A stretch of DNA of 64,000 bases, taken from Candidatus Helarchaeota archaeon. GTDB lineage: Archaea; Asgardarchaeota; Lokiarchaeia; Helarchaeales; RDOG01. The stretch spans positions 68,699 to 132,698 of the forward strand of contig JALGVI010000003.1 in NCBI GenBank assembly GCA_029838215.1. Direction: 5' to 3'. The translations under genes were made by a program, and so were the position numbers. The notes under the pieces were generated by a model, which did not search any database, had not been told where the DNA came from, and saw only the letters and a program-made list of their open reading frames with translations. This document shows, piece by piece, positions 58,119 to 64,000 of this stretch (position 1 is its first letter; each line of letters opens with the position of its first letter).

Positions 58119-59228
58119 ATGATATTCAAGGACCGAGATTTTCTCATAACAAAAGAAGGTTTGATCTTTCGAGTATATGGTTACACGCATCCGCCAGATG
58201 CCGCTGTATGTGACGTAGAATATGCACCCGAAACAATCTATCAAACATCTGACCCTCGTGCCATTCGCTTTCTTTATAGAGGTCATTCGGATGACACCAA
58301 GCAGCATTCCCGGTATTACAAGTTTTATTTTGATGGTGGGCTAAAATTCGTCCAAAAGCGATATCCCGAATATCAGGTTAATTTTAGACCATTAAACGTT
58401 AAATTAGTCGGATTGAAAGAAACGCAAATCACGGAATTTCGATCACCTCAAGAAAAACTGCGATCGATCTTGGCAAATGATGAGAAGGATCCGTTAATAC
58501 AGACCACTCAAGACATAATCGACATCATTACTGATCATTCTACTCTAAAGCCGAACGATTTTGGATGCTTTGGTTCGATATTGCACGATTTTTACCACGT
58601 CAAATACAGCGATATTGACCTGACGTGTCATGGAAAAAAAGAACTCCGGGAATTAAGAGAAACCTTGAATGATTTTTACGTGCAGGATGAGCATCCCATT
58701 AAAAATGAGTTCGATTTTTGGACAAAAGATATTGAGGAAAGCAAGCATTGGCACTTTGTGAATTATCCCATAAAGGATTATCCTCTCTATGAGCGTAGAA
58801 AAGCCATATATGCCGTGACAAATTCTCCATTGCTGAACCGCCGCATAAAAATCGAATTTGAACCCATTAAAAAGGAATCTGAATTTAAAAACGAATATGA
58901 GAATCTCCAGAACATTGAACACGTTGGCTGGATCGAAGTCGTTGCCGAAATAACTGATGACGATGATGCGTTTTACCTTCAATCGCTCTACTCAATCAAG
59001 ATCTTAAAAATTGAAAGGGGACCACGAGTCGAAATTGATCGAGTTTGTAACTTCTTGGAAGAATATAGGGGAATCGTTCAGAGGGGAGAAACGGTCGTGA
59101 TCAAAGGTAATCTAGAAAAGGTGACTACCGTGTCTGGTATATTTTATCAGATCACGTTATCATATGGTCATCGCAATTATGAAAAACAGGTTTTGAAGTT
59201 AAAAAGCCCTACAAATCTCGCTGATTAA
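58119..59228 (+). CDS. Archaeal predicted nucleotidyltransferase (COG1665-like), paralogue 2
   Basis: FGCFGSILHD..YSDID; N-terminal GLIFRVYGYTHP; C-terminal GE.VVIKGNLEKV. Confidence 0.75.
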   Translation: MIFKDRDFLITKEGLIFRVYGYTHPPDAAVCDVEYAPETIYQTSDPRAIRFLYRGHSDDTKQHSRYYKFYFDGGLKFVQKRYPEYQVNFRPLNVKLVGLKETQITEFRSPQEKLRSILANDEKDPLIQTTQDIIDIITDHSTLKPNDFGCFGSILHDFYHVKYSDIDLTCHGKKELRELRETLNDFYVQDEHPIKNEFDFWTKDIEESKHWHFVNYPIKDYPLYERRKAIYAVTNSPLLNRRIKIEFEPIKKESEFKNEYENLQNIEHVGWIEVVAEITDDDDAFYLQSLYSIKILKIERGPRVEIDRVCNFLEEYRGIVQRGETVVIKGNLEKVTTVSGIFYQITLSYGHRNYEKQVLKLKSPTNLAD

Positions 59229-59437
59229 TGGAAAAAATAGAAAAATGATACCAACACGCTCTAATATTCACCAAACTATTGAAAACTCCCATTATTTCTG
59301 ATTCAAAACTCGAAATTAATTTCATTCATCAATAGAAATCATTCAAAATAGTTGTATTTTATTGCATTGATTATTAGACGAGTCTTTGAAATTGATGTTG
59401 TATTCATTTTATGATTGGCATTAAATCATGTTGTCAT

Positions 59438-59548
59438 AAAAAAAAAATGAGTAGCATGCATCTTGAAAAGTCGTTTGAAACATCACCTTTTTTTGTCGAA
59501 TCTCAAGGGCGTGAGGATTGTGTCGGAAGCAAAGGTGTTTACACCAAA
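59438..59548 (-). ncRNA. Candidate structured small RNA divergent from the histone gene
   Basis: Minus-strand TATATAAAA at 59579-59571, nested stems at 59484-59545, T10 tract at 59447-59438; no family recognised. Confidence 0.25.
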
Positions 59549-59673
59549 GGAGCTTACGAGAAACCAAAGCTTTTATATAGTACCAAAATAAAAAATTAAT
59601 ATACCCAAACAATTCAAACACTTAAAACAAAAAAATTAACAAAACCTAGAAAAGAAAAATTGAGGGATGAATT

Positions 59674-59895
59674 ATGGCAAAAGCCCCCAAAGTAATAACA
59701 AAAACTGCCCTTCGCAGGCTAATGAAAACTGAAGGCGATGCTTCAATCGTAAGTGCTGACGCTATTACGGCTCTAATTGATTATTTACAGGATCTCGCAG
59801 TTGATATCACTAAAAAATCACTAGCCATCTGTAAACACGCAAAGAGGAAAACCATTAGTAAAGAAGATGTAAAATTAGCCATTGCCGCATTATAA
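59674..59895 (+). CDS. Archaeal histone (HMf-like), short N-terminus
   Basis: Histone fold ITKTALRRLMK...VSADAI...KHAKRKTISKEDVKLA. Confidence 0.95.
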   Translation: MAKAPKVITKTALRRLMKTEGDASIVSADAITALIDYLQDLAVDITKKSLAICKHAKRKTISKEDVKLAIAAL

Positions 59896-59907
59896 TATCA
59901 AAACAAA

Positions 59908-59926
59908 CCTTCTTTTTTTTTCTCTT
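59908..59926 (+). terminator. Oligo-T terminator of histone gene 1
   Basis: CCTTCTTTTTTTTTCTCTT 13 nt after the stop. Confidence 0.6.
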
Positions 59927-60050
59927 CATTGCTTTTTAAAGTTCTTTTTTGCGTTTAGTCAACCAATTCTTGATTTCAACATGAAATTCTGTTCAAAATA
60001 AAAAACTACAAAGAATAAAAGAAATCTCGCCTATAGTCCGTGTTAATGAC

Positions 60051-60064
60051 AAATAAAAAAAAAA
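60051..60064 (-). terminator. Oligo-T terminator of histone gene 2
   Basis: A10 run on the plus strand (T10 on minus) 9 nt after the stop. Confidence 0.6.
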
Positions 60065-60072
60065 GGATTAGG

Positions 60073-60357
60073 TTATTTAACGGCCATCTTAATATCTGAC
60101 TTCGTGACTGTCTTGCGTTTAGAATTAAGTGTTAATTCCAACGCCTTTTTCGTTATATCAATGGCTCTATTTTGTAGATGATCCTGTAAAACGATGACTG
60201 CTTCTGAACTAACAATGTCTGCATCCGCTTCTTCTTTCATGAGGCGCCGCAGTGCAGTACGGGTAATGACTTGTGAGCCACCCTCCTTTTTAGGTGCCGC
60301 TTTTGGTGCAGCCTTCGGTTTTGGTTTTGATTTCGTTTTTTTAGCTTTCGGAGACAA
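60073..60357 (-). CDS. Archaeal histone with Lys-rich N-terminal tail
   Basis: 29-aa tail MSPKAKKTKSKPKPKAAPKAAPKKEGGSQ then fold VITRTALRRLMK...VSSEAV...NSKRKTVTKSDIKMAVK; TTG start. Confidence 0.95.
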   Translation of the reverse strand: MSPKAKKTKSKPKPKAAPKAAPKKEGGSQVITRTALRRLMKEEADADIVSSEAVIVLQDHLQNRAIDITKKALELTLNSKRKTVTKSDIKMAVK

Positions 60358-60651
60358 TATTCATCCCTCATTAAATTTGTTCTGATCAATCTCTTATCGG
60401 CATTATGAAAAGCGTCAGAACGCTAAGCTCCACTTACAAAAATTTCCCATCTTGGGAAACGTAATCGTTCCGAATAAAAGATAATCAACATTTTTTTAAG
60501 GTTTGAAGTGTGTACGAATAAGCTCTTTTTAATACTAGTATTTAAAACAATCGATCTTTTCCTCTTCAACCAATTAAAATCAGCTCGACAAAATTTCATA
60601 CCAATAATGATTTATCGTTAGATCATAATGAACCGAAAAAATCACAATGTT

Positions 60652-60879
60652 TCATCTTTTTCGGGATCTGGAATATTCAATATTTGAATGGATAGAATCA
60701 TCTTGAATCGCGTTTTTGGTAATTCGAAAGCTTGGAAAAGTGAAGATTTTCTGGATCTTGGGATTTTTTTCATCATCAAGAACTTGTAATTTTTTGAACA
60801 AAATGAAGATATTTATTAACGTTGATGAACATTCAAGCCAATTCGGGCAGAAATTACATGATGCTTTGATTAGATTTTT
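60652..60879 (-). pseudogene. Possible decayed gene fragment
   Basis: 76-codon open frame without a start codon inside a 700-bp gap broken by stops in all frames; no recognisable family. Confidence 0.2.
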
Positions 60880-61084
60880 CTAGGAAATGAAATCGATTCA
60901 TTGCATTTCCTGCTTATCTATTGATACCACATTTGAGTACATAAAATCCGTAAAGATCATTAATTTAGCCATGTTAAATGTTCTGCTTCTTCTTTTAATG
61001 ATACATCCTTAGATACGGTCTCTTTCTAATTCTCCCAGTTTTTGCATTAAAAAATAAAAAGGAAAAAAACCAAATGATTAATCG

Positions 61085-61348
61085 GTGGCGGCTTTGAAAA
61101 ACGAGATCCATGGAATTGCTTTACCTCAATTCAAATATTATGAACCCAAAAATTACCATCCAAATTGGGATGAAATTCGTGAAGAATCTCACGCACTTGC
61201 TAAAAAAATTGCCGCCAACATGATGCCATTTACTTTTCGCCTCAAAATTACAAGTAGAAAGCGTCGATTTTTCGCCATCATCAAATTACTCAAGAATCTA
61301 TTTATAAATAAGCACAGGGCGGCAAAGGGTTACGGAACAGCTTCGTAA
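61085..61348 (+). CDS. Hypothetical protein or gene fragment
   Basis: 87-codon ORF with GTG start; NYHPNWDEIREE is protein-like, but the C-terminus looks non-coding. Confidence 0.3.
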   Translation: MAALKNEIHGIALPQFKYYEPKNYHPNWDEIREESHALAKKIAANMMPFTFRLKITSRKRRFFAIIKLLKNLFINKHRAAKGYGTAS

Positions 61349-61385
61349 AACTTGGACAATCCTGCACGTTTAATTTTTTTTTAGC

Positions 61386-61825
61386 GAGCATTCCCGTGAT
61401 GACACGCGGTTCAATGAACTTTATCGCCGATCTTCTTCATCATGAGTTCGTGGTTGAGGATCGGTCGTGCGGCGGAGGAGCTCGGAGTTTGCCCGAAGAC
61501 TTTAAGAAGATGGGAACGCGCGGGCAAGATACGATGCGTCCGCACGGTGGGCGGGCACCGCAGGTTCAGCGTCTTGGAAGTGTCACGGGTTCGTGCTGGG
61601 CGGAAGCAGGTGCAGTCCATCAGGGCGGCGTTGTACTGCCGCGTGTCATCGCACCAGCAGAAGAAGCAGGGAGACCTCGACAGGCAGGTGGAAGCGGTAG
61701 TGGAGCATTGCAAGAAAAAGGGATACGACATCGTGGGCAAGCATCGCGATGTGGGGGGTGGTTTGAACGCGAAGAGAAGGGGACTGAGAAGGCTTTGCGA
61801 AAGAATCGAGAAGGGCGAAATCATC
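61386..61825 (+). mobile_element. Truncated IS607-family element remnant
   Basis: Abrupt GC jump (63% in two counted 60-mers versus about 35% flanks); encodes the tnpA N-terminus only; no tnpB; boundaries approximate. Confidence 0.85.
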
Positions 61826-61864
61826 AAATACTGCAAAAGAAATTTAATCGAAATTCAATTTTGA
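61442..61864 (+). pseudogene. tnpA: IS607 TnpA serine recombinase, 3'-truncated
   Basis: MerR-like HTH (AAEELGVCPKTLRRWERAGKI..RTVGGHRRF), catalytic YCRVSS, DLDRQ, DVGGGLNAKRRGL; breaks after KGEI where the family continues with ..VV...DRL.RFG. Confidence 0.9.
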
Positions 61865-61928
61865 GAAAAGTCTTGCAGTATTTTCATTCAAATTTTTTGA
61901 TGACAATTTAATTTGGGATGTTTATGTC

Positions 61929-63416
61929 ATGCGATGGATAAAAGATACCGATTTGGTACATTGGGCAGATTATCGTGATTGCCAAAGTTGCTTACCACTT
62001 GTCATTCGCCGATTGATTCGTGCAACCAGCACGGATATTAAAGACATTCGTTTTCCTTCAGGTGAAAGTATTTCATTACGTGGATGGGATGGAATTCTTG
62101 AATCAAATTCTGAAACTGAAAGAATTCCATTGGGAATGTCGGTTTGGGAAATTTCTGCACAAAAAGATCCTAAAAAAAAGGCAAATGAAGATTATGATAA
62201 AAGAACCGGGAACCCCTTAGGTTTTGAACCATCCAAATCAACATTTATTTTCGTAACACCCCGCAAATTTTCTTCTAAGTGTAATTGGATTGAAGAAAAA
62301 AAAGACCAAGGCCTGTGGAAGGATGTGAAGTTTTATGACGCAGTTGATTTAGAAGAATGGTTAGAACAGGCTCCCGCTGTTGGAGCTTGGTTGGCAAAAA
62401 AGTTACATCTCTATCCCGGGAAAGTTACATCAGCTGAGGAATTCTGGATGGAATGGTCTTCCGTAACTGAACCCAATATTACACCAAGATTGGTAATAGG
62501 GGGACGTGAGACACAAAAAGAAGAAGTAATTACGTGGTTAAAATCAGAACCATCAATTATGGTAACTCAGGCTTATAGTAGGGAAGAAACAATCGCTTTT
62601 CTTATTGCTTCCGTTAAAGACATATCGGATGAAGAACAGGCTCATTTTTTTTCGCGTGTTTTGATAATAGATGATATTGAATCATTCAAAGAAATATTTG
62701 AAGCTTTAGATGAAGGAAATGATGTTGATATCGATACGTTATCTCGGCTAGAGTTGTGTTATTTTTCCGTGTTGACAAGTCCTGCTTCAAGACGACCACC
62801 AAAAGCGATAAACGTAACTCTAGCGAATGATCCTAAATTCTTCAGGGATATGATTGATTATATCTACTTTTCCGAAGACAATGGTGATGAAGCGGATGAT
62901 AACGAATCGGAACGTGAATTCGTTAATGAGCGAGCATATCATACAAGAATTTTACTTGACAACTGGTCTTATTTACCTGGTACTAACTCTGATGGCGATA
63001 TTGATTTTGACAAACTTCTCACGTGGGTGAGAAAAACTCGAAACCTTTGTCAAGAATTAAATAAACTAAAACATTGTGATTATCATATCAGGTATTTATT
63101 TAGTAAAACAATTCGAATATCGGAAGAAGAATGGCCCCCCAAATCCGTGTGTGCAATAATTGACGAGATTAAAAGTATTGACTTAGAAAGGGGTTTTATA
63201 ATCGGTTTTTTGAATGGTAGAGGTCCCACGATTAAATCTCCATTTGAAGGAGGAACTAAAGAACAAGATCTTTCGGAAAAATTAAATAACCGTGCCAATG
63301 ATATTTCTGTTCGTTGGCCCAGAACATCAGCATTATTACGAAAGATAGCAAAATCCTTTGAAGATCAAGCCCGGGAAGAGGATAGTGAAGCTGAATTCCG
63401 AAGATTTGAACATTAA
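61929..63416 (+). CDS. Putative defence protein: restriction-endonuclease-like N-domain plus C-terminal helical domain, apparently internally deleted
   Basis: LPLVIRRLI..FPSGE..GWDG..SVWEIS..KKANEDYDKR..FIFVTPR..YDAVDLEEWLEQAP.V..W and C-terminal GFIIG.LNGRG..GG..E..WPRTSALL..IA..F...A..ED resemble the two ends of a family I recall as about 1200-1300 aa. Confidence 0.6.
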   Translation: MRWIKDTDLVHWADYRDCQSCLPLVIRRLIRATSTDIKDIRFPSGESISLRGWDGILESNSETERIPLGMSVWEISAQKDPKKKANEDYDKRTGNPLGFEPSKSTFIFVTPRKFSSKCNWIEEKKDQGLWKDVKFYDAVDLEEWLEQAPAVGAWLAKKLHLYPGKVTSAEEFWMEWSSVTEPNITPRLVIGGRETQKEEVITWLKSEPSIMVTQAYSREETIAFLIASVKDISDEEQAHFFSRVLIIDDIESFKEIFEALDEGNDVDIDTLSRLELCYFSVLTSPASRRPPKAINVTLANDPKFFRDMIDYIYFSEDNGDEADDNESEREFVNERAYHTRILLDNWSYLPGTNSDGDIDFDKLLTWVRKTRNLCQELNKLKHCDYHIRYLFSKTIRISEEEWPPKSVCAIIDEIKSIDLERGFIIGFLNGRGPTIKSPFEGGTKEQDLSEKLNNRANDISVRWPRTSALLRKIAKSFEDQAREEDSEAEFRRFEH

Positions 63417-63592
63417 GTGCTTCACGATATTTAAATAAGGAAAAAATGGAATCAACACAAATAGTAATTGATATTTCATTTCTAAAGGAGAAAAAAAATC
63501 GTAAATTAAGAAGCTTTCGTTTCTTTTTCGAATCGAATTGTCTGATTCCCGAGGTAAAACGACATGCCTCATCCTCCATTTTAAATTGATTT

Positions 63593-63856
63593 TTAAACAT
63601 GCCGAATTTCTTGAAGAAATTTTTCTGAGCAAGAGATCGTGATTATAAAGATGCATTCAATTTCAGCCTGAATGAGAACATGACACTTCATTCGTTTAAA
63701 AATAAAGGGAACTGCTGTTTTTCCTGTAAAAGAATCGAATTTCTGGTCAAAATTTTTAATCAACGCTTCGATGGCATTTCGAGAGATTGTTTTCCCTTTT
63801 CGATATCCAAGTAATTTTAATGTGGCATTTTTGGTGAAAATGATTTTTCTGGACAT
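63593..63856 (-). CDS. Small DUF4258/RelE-superfamily-like protein
   Basis: IIFTKNA...ISRNAIEALIKN...HVLIQAE..IFIITIS fits the beta-alpha-alpha-beta3 pattern; AGGTGG SD upstream of ATG 63856. Confidence 0.45.
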   Translation of the reverse strand: MSRKIIFTKNATLKLLGYRKGKTISRNAIEALIKNFDQKFDSFTGKTAVPFIFKRMKCHVLIQAEIECIFIITISCSEKFLQEIRHV

Positions 63857-63864
63857 GAGAACAA

Positions 63865-63882
63865 CCACCTAACGTTAGGTGG
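63865..63882. promoter_or_regulatory. Perfect 18-bp palindrome overlapping the SD of the 63856 gene
   Basis: CCACCTAACGTTAGGTGG equals its own reverse complement. Confidence 0.45.
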
Positions 63883-64000
63883 CGGCAATATATAATTCTT
63901 TCCATTACATAACATTAGTTGGAATATATTAAAAGATTTTACCGCGATTAAATATGTATATATATGATAAATCATAAAAGATAACATGATATTATGACCA

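Noticed and set aside
61085-61200. NYHPNWDEIRE as the start of an HNH endonuclease
   Set aside because: No following CxxC or HNH motif in any frame that I could read
63760-63856. Resemblance of FTKNATLKLL...ISRNAIEALI to the histone alpha1-L1-alpha2 start
   Set aside because: The rest of the ORF is beta-rich (HVLIQAE, IFIITIS) with no RKT/D motif; a DUF4258/RelE-type fold explains it better

Overview
AT-rich (roughly 35% GC by eye) archaeal chromosomal segment. The gene set (Rpo8/RpoG-SmAP3-TgtA cluster, translin, PSTK, stand-alone MtrH, a tailed histone, SCP2-like lipid domain, acyl-CoA and lipase genes) points to an Asgard archaeon; this is an inference, not a taxonomic assignment. Most of the window is housekeeping: L30e, RNA polymerase A'/A'', thermosome, tRNA modification (tgtA, kptA, truA, mtaB, taw1, pstK), Moco (2x moeA, moaD), Fe-S/sulfur relay (tusA-dsrE-iscS-iscU), hypB, a glycyl-radical enzyme and a P-type ATPase. 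It is interleaved with four DNA methyltransferases that show no recognisable nuclease, a HEPN-MNT toxin-antitoxin pair and a MIG-like glycosylase. The last 3.5 kb is a degraded mosaic (GC-rich truncated IS607 tnpA, an apparently internally deleted defence-type gene, a DUF4258-like ORF). Most notable: (1) a convergent histone pair, one with a 29-aa Lys-rich tail and an altered tetramer interface; (2) a P2-type ATPase that has lost SERCA site II and carries a flippase-like PINL motif; (3) an RpoA'/A'' split at a shifted position with an H1-like Lys-rich tail; (4) an SCP2-like domain inserted inside an acyl-CoA synthetase; (5) an IscU fused to a degenerate thioredoxin-reductase domain; (6) three genes that appear to start at ATA/ATT. 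No tRNA, rRNA or CRISPR array was seen. All family calls are by motif recognition from memory; no searches were run.
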